Of a DNA stretch of 64,000 nucleotides, positions 1 through 15,275 are shown piece after piece. Made by a program: the position numbers and the translations under genes. The notes beneath the pieces were generated by a model that did no database searches, was not told the origin of the DNA, and was given only the letters and a program-made list of their open reading frames with translations. Numbering within the stretch: the first letter of the stretch is position 1; every line of letters begins with the position of its first letter. The stretch lies in contig OZ024741.1 of NCBI GenBank assembly GCA_964016885.1, forward strand, positions 263,934,001 to 263,998,000, written 5' to 3'. The stretch is from Eledone cirrhosa. Its lineage: Eukaryota.

Positions 1-435
1 ACGGTCTTCCTCTGTGTAATAGCCATGGTGAAAGAGGTGGTATGGCGGACACATTTGAAAGGGCTGAGGTCGGACACCTTTCTCTCCGGCCAACAACTGG
101 TCCTTTTCTTTAAATACCATTTTAAGAGAAGGATCAGAATGGAGAGAGAGGTGCTCTACCCCAGCGAGAATGGCCCGTGTGAATGGGCCTTCTCTCTTTA
201 TCAGCCTGTAGGTGGAAAGGTGGAAGTTCAAAGGAGCACCCCTTCTCTGTGCCCCTAAGGAAAAGGGTTGCACACTTTTTCGGGGGTGTGTGTAACCCCC
301 AAAACGCCTCCTCCCTATTGAGGACTGTATTGTTAATTTTATATTTGTTATTTGTTTTTTACTCGTTCCTTTATGTAAATTTCCCCCTTGTATTTGTCCC
401 CTTCTTTTGTGCCCTCGTGGCAAATAAATAGAAAC
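1..435 (+). mobile_element. 3' end of Tx1/L1-clade LINE (ORF2 C-terminus plus 3'UTR), internally deleted
   Basis: ORF 25-258 MVKEVVWRTHLKGLRSDTFLSGQQLVLFFKYHFKRRIRMEREVL matches the C-terminus of the Tx1-like element at 47418-48122. It ends in gtggcaaataaa, like other copies. Confidence 0.8.
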
Positions 436-562
436 TTATATATATATATATACAGAGTACTATGTACATATATATATTGCATTTTTTCTTAGAATATATT
501 TACTCTTCCTATTTAAATAACTATATATACACACACACACATGTATATATATAGATACATAC

Positions 563-596
<34 letters not shown>

Positions 597-744
597 TTAT
601 TACAAATAGGAAGAGGTTAGAAATATTTTCCTTTCCGGTTACATTCTAATCTGAAATGGCCAGTTTATGGCTGTGAAACATCACTAACGTCCAATCTCAC
701 GTCATTCTTTACACATAAGACAAGACGTTACTTATACCCTCATA

Positions 745-1123
<379 letters not shown>

Positions 1124-1344
1124 TCTGTGTGCTGAGATCGGGGAGACCACTAATCATGGGAGTACTCCAAACATGGGGAGACGCTGAATTATTTTACCTC
1201 TCTCTCTCTATATATATATATTTATTAAAATAACAGATTAAAGTTTAAGTAAAGAATCGCTGCTTTCACCCTTAACGGGATCTTATCGAGCCCTCTTTGG
1301 ATTTTAGTCTTCACATTTATTATTATTACTATATATATATATAC

Positions 1345-2245
1345 ATGAATATATGTATAGTATATTTGGCAATATACTGTATGTTTAATTTAAAACATTT
1401 AGAAGACCATACGCTATGAGTTTTAAAGTAGTGACTATGTCACTTACTTATTCCAGGCAAAAAAACAACAACAGAGAGCGGCCGACAGACAGTCTGTTTC
1501 TTGCTTGTTAGAGTTTATCAAGATTACACACTCCGCTGCCTTTGCCGATAATTATAGAAGCTGGATTCTTATAGAATTCCAGTAATAATCAGGAGCTGAT
1601 TAAACAGAGCGATTGCCGGTCCAGCAAAAATTAGGTATTAGGATTGGTGCTCTGAAATAGCGATGAGTACATGAATGTACGAGGTGTGTCAGAAAAGTTC
1701 CAGGACTGATGTCACAAAATATTTATTTCAAACCCAAACTTCACACTAGTAGTTTTCTTCTTCAAAGTAATCCCCCTGGAGTCTAATGCACTTTTCCATT
1801 CTTTTCTGCCACGCTTGCATGCACTCCTGGAAGGATTCTTCCGGGATCCTCCGCAGTTCCGTCGTCGCAGTTACATACTCCAGGGGGATTACTTTGAAGG
1901 AGAAAATTCTTAGTGTGAAGTTTGGGTTTGAAATAAATCTTTTGTGACATCAGTCCTGGAACTTTTCTGACACACCTCGTATGTACAGTATATTTGGCAA
2001 TATACTGTATGTTTAATTAAAAACATTTAGAAGACCATTCGCTGTGAGTTTTAAAGTAAGTGACTATGTCACTTACTTATTCTCGGCAAGAACAACAGAG
2101 AATAAGTAAGTGATATTAGTCACTACTTTAAAACTGATAGCGAATGGTCTTCAAAATGTTTTTAATTAAACATACGGTATATTACCAAATATACTATACA
2201 TACATTCACATGAATGTATGCATCGCTATTACAGAGCACCAATAC
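1345..2245. mobile_element. Tandem (~326-bp monomer plus partial copy) and inverted-end element in (TA)n, interrupted by a mariner MITE
   Basis: atgaat...tatatttggcaatatactgtatgtttaatt occurs at 1345 and resumes at 1671/1982. 2100-2245 is an inversion of the preceding sequence. A related family member is at 19908-20295. Confidence 0.65.
1680..1979. mobile_element. Mariner-derived MITE with TA target duplication
   Basis: TA|CGAGGTGTGTCAGAAAAGTTCC...GGAACTTTTCTGACACACCTCG|TA with ~105-bp inverted arms. The minus strand encodes a mariner transposase C-terminus (RRIPEESFQECMQAWQKRMEKCIRLQGDYFE). Confidence 0.9.
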
Positions 2246-2420
2246 ATATGTATATAAAAACTATATAATACATATGTATATAAAACCTGTGTGGAACTAG
2301 CTGTTGAAACGGTCACAGCTAAGCCATCGGGTTTGCGACTTATAATACTTACTCTCCCTTACTCCCTCTCTGCATGTTAACACAGTCTTCGATTTCCCCT
2401 AACGAAATCCGGTCACTACT

Positions 2421-2511
<91 letters not shown>

Positions 2512-2516
<5 letters not shown>

Positions 2517-2592
2517 GTCCCCCAAAAAATTTATTATACACATATTTATTAGAATGTTGATGAAGTGTATATACATTTTTGGGGACACCCCG
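2512..2592. mobile_element. Tiny Tc1/mariner-type MITE
   Basis: agggtgtcccccaaaaa...tttttggggacacccc inverted termini flanked by TA. Confidence 0.6.
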
Positions 2593-2984
2593 TATGTATA
2601 TATAAAGAGAGAGAAAGACGGACTGACATTCCTACACAGATAGTCAGAAATACGCTTGTGAGTATTGTACAAATACAGCCGAATATACATATAGATCCTC
2701 TCCTTCTCCCCTGCATTTTAGCCTTACTTTGCAACTGAAAGCTAGTTTCTTTGAAAACATCTCTAAATCTGACAATGTCACTTTTAGTATCTTGAAGAAA
2801 ATCAAAATATATACATATCATGTAGAAGTCGACCCTAGTAAGCTTAATTGTTTTATCTGTTTTTTTAATTTATTTATTCTTTCTCTAGGACTTCTGATAT
2901 TTTCTTTGAAAGCAAAGTTTTTGCATTCGGGCCAGTCCGCCACTGTGATTATATGCATATATAGTCATGTAGAAGCCATTTCTA

Positions 2985-4583
2985 TATTAAAATGTGTCCT
3001 GAAGGTGTGTCGACACCAACTTGCATCTCCTCTTGCTAATCTGTGGAGGAACTCACTGGATGCTGGATATATACCAGAAAACTTACTATCCCAGTCTGTT
3101 GTCCCAATTTTCAAAAAGGGAAACAAATCCGTTGCCATGAATTACCGTCCGATCTCACGCACCTCTCATATCATTAATGTATTTGAGAGGGTGGTAAGAT
3201 CACTAATGACTCACTTTCTTGAAAGCAACAATCTACTGAGCTCCAACCAACATGAGTTCCGTAATGGAAGGGATTGCCTAACGCAGCTACTGAATCAATT
3301 TGATGACATTTTGAGAGCTTAGGAAGAGGGCTCCAACACTGATGTCATCTACATTGATTTCAGCAAGGCCTTTGACAGGGTTGATCACAACATTCTACTG
3401 AGAAAACTATACAACATTGGTGTCACTGGAAAGTTGCTGCAGTGGATCAAGTATTTCCTGTCAAACAGAGCCCAACATGTAGTAGTCAAAGGAGTAAAAT
3501 CCAGCCTAGCCAAAGTCAGTAGTGGTGTCCCACAAGGCATTGTGTTGGGCCCACTTCTTTTCATCATCTACATTAATGATATTACTGACATCATCAAGCA
3601 CAGCAACATGAGAATCTTCGCAGATGATTCCAAGCTCCAGAAGATCACCAATGGCGTGGGTGACCGGATATGCCTCCAATCCAATCTACTGGCTGTTATC
3701 CAATGGGCGGAAAAGAACAATATGCTGCTGAACGAGGATAAATTTGAGTTAATCCACTTTGAAAAAGAGAATGCCTTGAAACTCCCATACTCCCTTCCTT
3801 CAGGTGAAACTCTCGTGGCATTTAACATCAGAGACTTGTGAGTAATTGTGGACAATAACATAAGCTGGCCCACTCATATAAACAGCAAAGTTGACATGGC
3901 CCGCAGAAATGTGTTCCTGGATTCTCAGAACTTTCCAGTCAAGTGATATCCACATCATTATCATTCTCTTCTCCACTTTTGCCCGACTCCACCTTGAATA
4001 CTGTTGTCCACTGTGGTCTCCCCACATGAAACAAAGTATCATGAAAGTTAAAGCTCCTCAAAGGTCAATCATGAAAAGGATAGATGGCATGTCAGACCTT
4101 GACTATTGGGGTCAACTAGAAAAGCTCAACCTTTATTCTCTCCAACGTCGCCGTGAGCGCTACATTATCTGCATGATGTGAAACATATTCCATCAGCATT
4201 GCCCAAATGATGTTGGCATCACCTTTAAGGTACCCCAATGCTTGAACCCCGTGCTATCCACCCACAACAAAAATCACACTCGCATCTCATAACAACAATA
4301 CGTCACAATTATTTCACCTCAATTGGCTCCGCTCTCTTTAACATTACACCAAAACACATTAAAACAGAAACAGACCCCATAAAGTTCAAGAAGTCTTAGG
4401 ACAAATTTCTTCAAGAAATCCCTAATAAACTTCCTACACCCGAATATGTCTCCGCAAACAATAACTCCCTTCTTGAGTGGGCCATGGTGTCCAAATCCTG
4501 ATTTGAAAGACTTCGCCAGGTGGTGCTATTAAGTTAGACATGGCCTGGGCCAATACTGGCCAAAATCTATCAAAGTTATCAAA

Positions 4584-4585
<2 letters not shown>
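2985..4585 (+). mobile_element. CR1-type LINE, 5'-truncated, degenerate reverse transcriptase plus 3'UTR
   Basis: Motifs VVPIFKKG..NYRPIS, IDFSKAFDRVDH, SGVPQGIVLGPLLFIIYIND, FADDSK, LEYCCPLWSPH and LYSLQRRRERY. Stop at 3320-3322 and frameshifts. Short tail repeat tatcaaag x2. Confidence 0.9.
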
Positions 4586-4681
<96 letters not shown>

Positions 4682-4894
4682 TACATACATACATGATGAT
4701 GGCTGCCCCCTCGATATCGAGTATGGTCATTGCACGATATAACATTATTAATAATTATTAATTAATGCTATCGTACAATGCCTGTATCTATATACTACTA
4801 CTAAAGCTCTGTGATTGTGTGCTTGTCTGTTATTTAATACAGCCAAAACGGTGCATAGTGGGAAAATACTTTGAAAGGAAGTTGCCCTTTATAT

Positions 4895-4975
4895 ACTCCA
4901 GGGAAACGCCTTCTCCATTCTGTCCGTCGGGGCTGTGGGCAGGCCAGTACGTGGGACCCCACTTGTTCACCATAC
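4895..4975 (+). mobile_element. CRE-type LINE 3' fragment
   Basis: ccagggaaacgccttctccattctgtccgtcggggctgtgg is the reverse complement of the repeats at ~27400-27450 and 45380-45435. Confidence 0.55.
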
Positions 4976-5076
4976 ATGTCTGTGTATATTTTAATTATTC
5001 AAAAATTATTTTTAAGTGAACATGATTTAAAAAAATATTTTTAAGGGAACGTGACCCAACGGGTCATTGAGGGTCT

Positions 5077-5146
<70 letters not shown>

Positions 5147-5154
5147 TACACATA

Positions 5155-5257
<103 letters not shown>

Positions 5258-5457
5258 GCACACACACACACGCGCATACACACACACACGCGCACGCACA
5301 CACACACATATATATATATATGTGTGTGTATGTGTGTGTATATGTGTGTGTGTGTGTGCATGTGTGTATGTGCAAAATTGAACAAAAATAGCAAAGTAAA
5401 CAGCACAGTACAATGAAAATAATATAATAGTTTAACACTTGATATAGTAGGAAAAGA

Positions 5458-5498
5458 ATCTTCACGTTTCGGACACTAGTCTTTCATCGGAAGATAGA
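5458..5498 (-). ncRNA. Degenerate minimal type I hammerhead motif
   Basis: Minus strand atctt-CCGATGA-aagac tagt gtcc-GAAAC-GTG-aagat. Same family as 50871-50906. Confidence 0.45.
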
Positions 5499-6289
5499 AT
5501 GGGAAATAGAAAGATAGCGAGTGAGAAGAGGAAAGAAAAGAAAATATTTGTTTATAGAAAAAAACAGGTGTTTATTCAGTCAGCAATATTTATGAGATGT
5601 GGTGATATTCATGCACTTCCTCAAAATATTAGTGACATATATTAAAGCATCAGCACCTTGAACTGAAGCTGGCGGATCAGACTTAGTTCGTCGAGTACTT
5701 AATGGCTGGCCTACCACTTCATTAATTATGTTTTCTTTGAAAACGTCAATAGGTCTGCAATGATGATTAGCATCACCATCATCATTGGCATCCTTATCGT
5801 CGTTGTCATCATCGTCGTCATCGTCAATGTCGTCATCTTTCTGTCTGTGTGTCTGTATGTGTGTTAACCGTGTTGCTCCAGGAGGTGGGGGTGGTCGATG
5901 TTTCTTGGAGATGTTGCTGAAACATCCACAAAGAGAAAAAGGTGGAAAAAAAAAAAAAAATCCCCAAACCAAACAACCTCAAACCTCCCAAATCCCTCCC
6001 TAAGCCCTCCTCACCCTCAAACCCTGATAAAACAAATATTCTGGAACAAATAAAAATGAAAGTCAAACATAAGTCAGCTGTGGATGGCCTCACTGAAAAC
6101 TACTTAGTTAAGCACCACATGTTTAACTTAACCACACCTTACTTCAAGAACACACTGAAAGACACAAGCCTCATATTAAAATCTAACAACAGAGACCGTC
6201 ATTGCCGGGCACACCTTTCGCCACTGTAAATAAACATGGTCAGCTTTATATAGCCCCAGAACTCTGGTATTTTAGGGGGGAGAAGGATT

Positions 6290-6422
6290 TAAACTATATG
6301 TTTACATACTACCGCAGCTAAATAATCTATGTATCAAATTTGAACAAAATCGGATGGAAACTGGAAATGCATCGCCTGCATACATACAAACAGACAGACA
6401 TTTTCGTTTTTATATATATGGA
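6290..6422 (-). mobile_element. Non-autonomous Helitron-like 5' end
   Basis: Minus strand tc(c)atatatataaaaacg..tgtctgtctgtttgtatg..ccgattttgttcaaattt has the same architecture as 8062-8160. Confidence 0.45.
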
Positions 6423-6424
6423 TA

Positions 6425-6890
6425 TCTTTCTTTATTTGCCACAAGGGCGTCTATATAGATATATGTTTTTATTAGCCACAAGGGCGCACAAGAAAAGAGG
6501 ACAATACAAAGACATGCCGGGGATTTAACATACAGTCGTGTAACAAATATAAAAACAAACAATTACAACAATCGAAATCCCCAACAAGGGGGAAGCGCCA
6601 CAAATGGGTTGTTTAATACCCCGTCGATAGAACAACCCGCAACTGCAGGAGCGTGTTGTGCAAGTGCTCCTTTCTTCCTTTTGCTCTCTTCTTCAACTTA
6701 CAGGCTTATAAACAGAGAAGGCCCAATCACTCGGGCCATTTTCGCTTCATTCACCCACCTTTTAGTAAATTTACTGGGGTGCAGTGCTTCTCTTTCCACT
6801 CTGATTCTCCTTCTAAAGTGATACTTAAAGAAAGGAATCAATTGTTGTCCGGAGAGAAAGGCATCTGTCCTCAGTCCTCTCAATCTCGTC
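6425..6890 (-). mobile_element. Tx1/L1-clade LINE 3' end
   Basis: RGLRTDAFLSGQQLIPFFKYHFRRRIRVEREALHPSKFTKRWVNEAKMARV, ending in cttgtggcaaataaag. Confidence 0.8.
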
Positions 6891-7039
6891 CAAATCTTAA
6901 GATTAGACGTAGCTATGGTCTATGTGGTTAAGGAGTTTATATAGACTCAACATGGTTTCGGATTTAGTCACACTTCTGCTACAGCCTTCAGTTGACCAAT
7001 TCCATGTGAATAGAACTATCTTGTGTGTGTGTCTGTGTG

Positions 7040-7420
7040 TGTGTGGTAAAGGTGTTGGACTTACGATCATAATGTTGTGGGTTCGATTCCTGTGTGTTGT
7101 GTTCTTGAGCAAAATACTTCAGTTTACGTTGCTTCTGTATGTTCAGCTGAAAATTAGTACCAGCAATAGCTGGAGGGTTTAACCTTGTGATGGACTGTAC
7201 TCTCAGTCACTTTACACCACGGAAACAGAGGTTAAGCGCAAGCGTGATGAGCTGCCGGGTTCGAGACAGACATTAACCCCACAAAGGACTGGCGTCCTGT
7301 CAAGCCGGTGGGGGTGAGGGTGGGGAGAGACTAGTGCTCGTAGTCACTTAACACCACGGAAACCGGGAAAAACACTGGCCTAATGAGCCTCCGGGCTCGA
7401 GAAAGACTTCAGAAACTTTT
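7040..7420 (+). mobile_element. tRNA-derived SINE remnant(s)
   Basis: B-box-like gggttcgattcc, CORE-like gtgttcttgagcaaaatacttc, and a duplicated 3' tail (cacttt/aacaccacggaaac). Confidence 0.55.
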
Positions 7421-7472
7421 TAGACGAGCAGAATCGATAGAGCGTCGGACACACACATGTCTAAAGAGAAAT

Positions 7473-7517
<45 letters not shown>

Positions 7518-7615
7518 GATAGCAACATGAATGGACCTGTTACTTTTCTCAAAAAGAATTTTGTTTCCGCCCTGCCCGCCTCCTCCATTTCTTCTTTGAT
7601 TTCTCATTTTATTTT

Positions 7616-7640
7616 CTGATGAAGGACTAGCGTCCGAAAC
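7616..7640 (+). ncRNA. Hammerhead core with stem II, truncated into a microsatellite
   Basis: CTGATGA-a-GGAC-tagc-GTCC-GAAAC followed directly by acacatatat. Confidence 0.55.
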
Positions 7641-8061
7641 ACACATATATAGTAATAATAATAATAAATGTGAAGACTAAAATCCAAAGAGAGATCGATA
7701 AGGATAAATATATATCAAATATATATGAACCGTAGACCAAATATTTATTAAAATAACAGATTAAAGTTTAAGCAAAGAATCGTTGCTTTCCCCCTTAACG
7801 GGATCTTTCAGAAGATCTCGTTAAGGGTGAAAGCAGGGATTCTTTACTTAAACTTTAATCTGTTATTTTAATGTTTTAATATATATATATGTAAGTATGT
7901 TTTGAAACAGTGAGCGAGCTTGAAATTAGAAATATAAGCTATCACCGTATTTTTGACTAAAGAAATTTTTAGCCTGATAGTGGGGTTTAGAACCCTCAGG
8001 GAAATGGAGAAAGATAAGTATTGACGTACATGGGAGTCGAACCCACATCTTTGGTTATCTA

Positions 8062-8290
8062 TCTATATATATAAAACTGATGTTGTCTGTGTGTCCTCAT
8101 TTTTTCAAAGTCTATACAAATCCACATTTCTACTCCGATTGACTTCAAACTTGCATTTATATATTCCTTGCGGTCTAAAGATACTAACTGCAGCTTTTAT
8201 TTTCCAATTTTCTGTTGTTAAAGGGGTGTTATCGATCTCCGTCGAGCCCTTATAATATCTGTCTGTATGTCTGGCTGTCTGCATAACGAA
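8062..8290 (+). mobile_element. Helitron-like 5' fragment
   Basis: TCTATATATATAAAA-ctgatgttgtctgtgtgt ... ccgattgacttcaaactt. Confidence 0.45.
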
Positions 8291-8572
8291 CACGTCATTG
8301 ATACACACACGCACACACACACACACACATATATATATACATATACATCTAAAGAGAGAAAGGGAGATGTAGAGAGAGAGAGTGAGATAGGCCGTTATAC
8401 AGAGAGAGGTACAAGATATTCAGATAGAGAGAAAGAGAGAGAGAGAATGGCGACGAACGCTGGTTCACACACACACACAAACACATATATATATATAAAG
8501 ACAGAGAGGGGGGAGATCTGCGCGTTCTTTATTGTTCTCCATTCTGTAGAGGAAGAGACAGAGAGGGGGTAT

Positions 8573-8610
<38 letters not shown>

Positions 8611-8831
8611 AAGAGAGAGAGGGGTTGAGAAAAAGGGAGAGAGGGGTTGAGAAAGAAAGAAAGAGAGTGAGGAACTTTAACTTTTATTTATTTATCTATT
8701 CTTTACACACTGTTCAACTCTCCCCTTTCCTCAACTTTACGTCTCTTTCTCTCTTTTACACAAGACGTACTGTGACTGTGTGTGTTATATATATTTATGT
8801 CAGTACACACACACACACACACACAAACGAC

Positions 8832-9700
<869 letters not shown>

Positions 9701-10267
9701 ATATATATATATATATTTGTTATAAGAACAGATTAAAGTTTAAGCAAAGAATCGCTGCTTTCAACATTAACGGGATCTTCTGAAATTAAAAAATTCAATC
9801 TGTGAACGCAGAAGTAAATATTTCGAGAAACATTGCAACCGAAGGAAAACAGGAAGACGATATTTTGGTTCGTGAAGACGTTCCCTGGCAATGAACGGAA
9901 AACAAGCGAGGATAATACGTCGTTATGTGGAACGAGAAGAACAATTTCATGCCAAAGATTTCCTGCTTCTATGAAAAATCCATAAAACTAAATACATGCT
10001 GTAACCCTCTCTCTTACACGCTTCATTCCTCTCACTACTACCATCAAACATCTATGAAACTACATACATGTTACAACTCTCTCTCTATATATATCACACA
10101 CATATACATATACATATAAAGAGAGAAAGGGAGATGTAGAGAGAGAGAGAGAGAGAGAGATAGGTCGTTATACAGAGAGAGGTTCAAGATAATCAGATAG
10201 AGAGAGAGAGAGAATGGCGACGAACGCTGGTTCACGCACACACACAAACACATATATATATAAAGAC

Positions 10268-10312
<45 letters not shown>

Positions 10313-11089
10313 CGTTCTTTATTGTCCTCCATTCTGTAGAGGAAGAGAGAAAGAGGGGGTATGAGTGAGAGAGAGAGAGAGAAAGAGAGCAAGAGGGTAT
10401 GAGAAAAAAAGGGAGAGGGGTTGAGAAAGAAAGAAAGTTTAAGCAAAGAATCGCTGCTTTCAACATTAACGGGATCTTCTTAAACTAAAAAATTCAATCT
10501 GTCAACGCAGAAGTAAATATTTCGAGAAACGTTGCAACGGAAAGAAAATAGGAAAACGATATTTTGGTTCGTGAAGACGTTCCGTGGTACTGAACGAAAA
10601 AAAAGCGAGGATAATACGACGTTATGTGAACCGAGAACAATTTCATGCAAAGACGAGACCAAGTTTATGGTATAATTGGAGTCGTTAGACTAATATTCTA
10701 TTTAAAATAACCGAATGATTTCCAGCCCCGGAGTTTAAGAATGATGTAAATAAAATTGTAAACGAAAATAAAATAGTTGTTTCTGGGATTTTAACTTTTC
10801 CTTAAAATAGTAAAAGTAAATAGTGAAGATTTAGGCCAGTACATACGTATGCGCCGACGGACATACACATACATATACATACGCGCGCGCCTGTGTGTGT
10901 AAACCTTATGCATTCCTACAGTATTTTCGCCAAACTTAAGACATAGGTTACTTATGTACTCCGGATGGTCATGGGCACTTTCATTTTTCCAGATATTGAT
11001 TATAGGGCCTCCCGGCAGATAACCCCCTTTAGCCACTTCCTTGGAGTCGACTGAAGCACTGCAGTGCAATGCAACAAAGCGTTATAACT

Positions 11090-11862
11090 TCTGGAGTTCG
11101 CAACCGATTTTCACAAAACTTGACACATGGGCTACGTTTGTTCTACAGATGAATGTGAAAGCAACTTAACATTGTAACTTTAACACAGCTACTGAGCAGC
11201 CCCGAGCAACACCGGGCTTTACTGCTATAGGCGATAAAGTTGTGCAGACAGACAGTCGTGCAGAGAGGTGATATAGGTGATAAAGTTGTGCAGACAGACA
11301 GTCGTGCAGAGAGGTGATATAGGCGATAAAGTTGTGCAGACAGACAGTCGTGCAGAGAGGTGATATAGGCGATAAAGTTGTGCAGACAGACAGTCGTGCA
11401 GAGAGGTGATATAGGCGATAAAGTTGTGCAGTCGGGCTGAGAGACGATGGAGGCATGCAGACAGACAGTCGCGCAGAGAAGTGATAGGCGATGAAATTGC
11501 ATTTTTTTGTTTTGTTTTTCATGTCCATTCAATTTCTTTGTTTCACAATAACTGATAGTTTGGTTACGCTGATGTTTTTTTTCTGAGACAAGTGTTGCAG
11601 TGTTTACATTTTCGATTTTTGTTAATAGATTACCAGTGTAGATTTTATCCCCAGCATCCTCTTTTGTTTTAACATTTGAGTTATGGTTATGTTTTCTTAA
11701 CTTCATAAGGCATACTGTTGGTTGAGGGAATATTAATCAAAAGTACCACACGAAAGCCTACACTGTAGACTCTACAGCTTTTAAGCCAAGAAAGGAACTT
11801 AACATTGTAACTTTAACACAGCTACTGAGCAGCCCCAAGCAACGCCGGGCTTTACTGCTAGT
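11090..11862 (+). mobile_element. Non-autonomous Helitron-like element with duplicated 3' end
   Basis: 3' hairpin ccc(g)agcaac(g)ccggg followed by CTAG|T at 11858-11862. The same ~65 bp occurs at 11163-11227. Confidence 0.6.
11227..11495. repeat. 46-bp minisatellite, ~5 copies
   Basis: Unit ataggcgataaagttgtgcagacagacagtcgtgcagagaggtgat. Confidence 0.9.
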
Positions 11863-11871
11863 CTCTCTCTG

Positions 11872-11993
<122 letters not shown>

Positions 11994-12060
11994 CGTAAAA
12001 TAAGAAAATATCTTTTAAAAAAATTTTTAAAAAATTTTTTACTTACTTACTTAAATTTTC

Positions 12061-12142
12061 ACTCCAACTAATTAGTTTCTGCAATGGGATAAAGACAGTT
12101 ACATAATCCAACTGTCGAGAATTCATTGCGTCATCAGGGAGT
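12061..12142 (-). ncRNA. Type I hammerhead ribozyme (repeated at 12615-12696, 13169-13250, 13723-13804)
   Basis: Minus strand actcc-CTGATGA-c-gcaatg..(gacagtt/aactgtc)..cattgc-a-GAAAC-taatta-GTT-ggagt. Confidence 0.8.
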
Positions 12143-14362
12143 CTATTCTCAGCTGAGCCTCCAGGCAATGCGCGGACACTGGCGGCTCATATAAAAATAA
12201 TACTTCGGTAGAAAGAACAGCTAGGCGAGGACTGGATTCTATGTACTGAAATTCTCACTGCTTCCAGTCAAATGACCGATTCTAAAGAATCAATCACGTG
12301 ACATAGAGGCTAGTTAGAAGGAATGGGATGGTAAGATGACTGACGCCTACTAACACCCCAAAAAAAATTTTGAAGTGGTTTTGGCAGGTTTGCTCGACAA
12401 ATCAGTGATTTGGAGATAAATATAGATAATTTAATATTTCAACTAACATAGACGCACAGATGTACGTCCATGCCAGCAAATACACAGGTTATGTCATAGT
12501 ACCTAGGTGGTTCAATGCAGGAGGGTGCAGAACAATAATATAAAAGACGTAAAATAAGAAAATATCTTTTAAAAAAATTTTTTAAAAATTTTTTACTTAC
12601 TTACTTAAATTTTCACTCCAACTAATTAGTTTCTGCAATGGGATAAAGACAGTTACATAATCCAACTGTCGAGAATTCATTGCGTCATCAGGGAGTCTAT
12701 TCTCAGCTGAGCCTCCAGGCAATGCGCGGACACTGGCGGCTCATATAAAAATAATACTTCGGTAGAAAGAACAGCTAGGCGAGGACTGGATTCTATGTAC
12801 TGAAATTCTCACTGCTTCCAGTCAAATGACCGATTCTAAAGAATCAATCACGTGACATAGAGGCTAGTTAGAAGGAATGGGATGGTAAGATGACTGACGC
12901 CTACTAACACCCCAAAAAAAATTTTGAAGTGGTTTTGGCAGGTTTGCGCGACAAATCAGTGATTTGGAGATAAATATAGATAATTTAATATTTCAACTAA
13001 CATAGACGCACAGATGTACGTCCATGCCAGCAAATACACAGGTTATGTCATAGTACCTAGGTGGTTCAATGCAGGAGGGTGCAGAACAATAATATAAAAG
13101 ACGTAAAATAAGAAAATATCTTTTAAAAAAATTAAAAAAAAATTTTTTACTTACTTACTTAAATTTTCACTCCAACTAATTAGTTTCTGCAATGGGATAA
13201 AGACAGTTACATAATCCAACTGTCGAGAATTCATTGCGTCATCAGGGAGTCTATTCTCAGCTGAGCCTCCAGGCAATGCGCGGACACTGGCGGCTCATAT
13301 AAAAATAATACTTCGGTAGAAAGAACAGCTAGGCGAGGACTGGATTCTATGTACTGAAATTCTCACTGCTTCCAGTCAAATGACCGATTCTAAAGAATCA
13401 ATCACGTGACATAGAGGCTAGTTAGAAGGAATGGGATGGTAAGATGACTGACGCCTACTAACACCCCAAAAAAAATTTTGAAGTGGTTTTGGCAGGTTTG
13501 CTCGACAAATCAGTGATTTGGAGATAAATATAGATAATTTAATATTTCAACTAACATAGACGCACAGATGTACGTCCATGCCAGCAAATACACAGGTTAT
13601 GTCATAGTACCTAGGTGGTTCAATGCAGGAGGGTGCAGAACAATAATATAAAAGACGTAAAATAAGAAAATATCTTTTAAAAAAATTTTTAAAAAATTTT
13701 TTACTTACTTACTTAAATTTTCACTCCAACTAATTAGTTTCTGCAATGGGATAAAGACAGTTACATAATCCAACTGTCGAGAATTCATTGCGTCATCAGG
13801 GAGTCTATTCTCAGCTGAGCCTCCAGGCAATGCGCGGACACTGGCGGCTCATATAAAAATAATACTTCGGTAGAAAGAACAGCTAGGCGAGGACTGGATT
13901 CTATGTACTGAAATTCTCACTGCTTCCAGTCAAATGACCGATTCTAAAGAATCAATCACGTGACATAGAGGCTAGTTAGAAGGAATGGGATGGTAAGATG
14001 ACTGACGCCTACTAACACCCCAAAAAAAATTTTGAAGTGGTTTTGGCAGGTTTGCTCGACAAATCAGTGATTTGGAGATAAATATAGATAATTTAATATT
14101 TCAACTAACATAGACGCACAGATGTACGTCCATGCCAGCAAATACACAGGTTATGTCATAGTACCTAGGTGGTTCAATGCAGGAGGGTGCAGAACAATAA
14201 TATAAAAGACGTAAAATAGGAAAATATCTTTTAAAAAAATTTTTAAAAAATTTTTTACTTACTTACTTAAATTTTCACTCCAACTAATTAGTTTCTGCAA
14301 CGTATTATTTTTATATGAGCCGCCAGTGTCCGCGCATTGCCTGGAGGCTCAGCTGAGAATAG

Positions 14363-14444
14363 ACTCCCTGATGACGCAATGAATTCTCGACAGTTGGATT
14401 ATGTAACTGTCTTTATCCCATTGCAGAAACTAATTAGTTGGAGT
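14363..14444 (+). ncRNA. Type I hammerhead ribozyme (inverted copy)
   Basis: actcc 14363-67, CTGATGA 14368-74, GAAAC 14426-30, GTT 14437-39, ggagt 14440-44. Confidence 0.8.
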
Positions 14445-14692
14445 GAAAATTTAAGTAAGTAAGTAAAAAATTAAAAAAAAATTTTTTTAAAAGATATTTT
14501 CTTATTTTACGTCTTTTATATTATTGTTCTGCACCCTCCTGCATTGAACCACCTAGGTACTATGACATAACCTGTGTATTTGCTGGCATGGACGTACATC
14601 TGTGCGTCTATGTTAGTTGAAATATTAAATTATCTATATATATATATATATATATATAGTTAAAAGAATAGAGGTGTAACACACAAGTTATT

Positions 14693-15275
<583 letters not shown>

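Noticed and set aside
11227-11495. Cys-rich repeat protein ORFs 11143-11706 and 11166-11528, or a CRISPR
   Set aside because: Product of a 46-bp minisatellite whose period is not a multiple of three; no spacers
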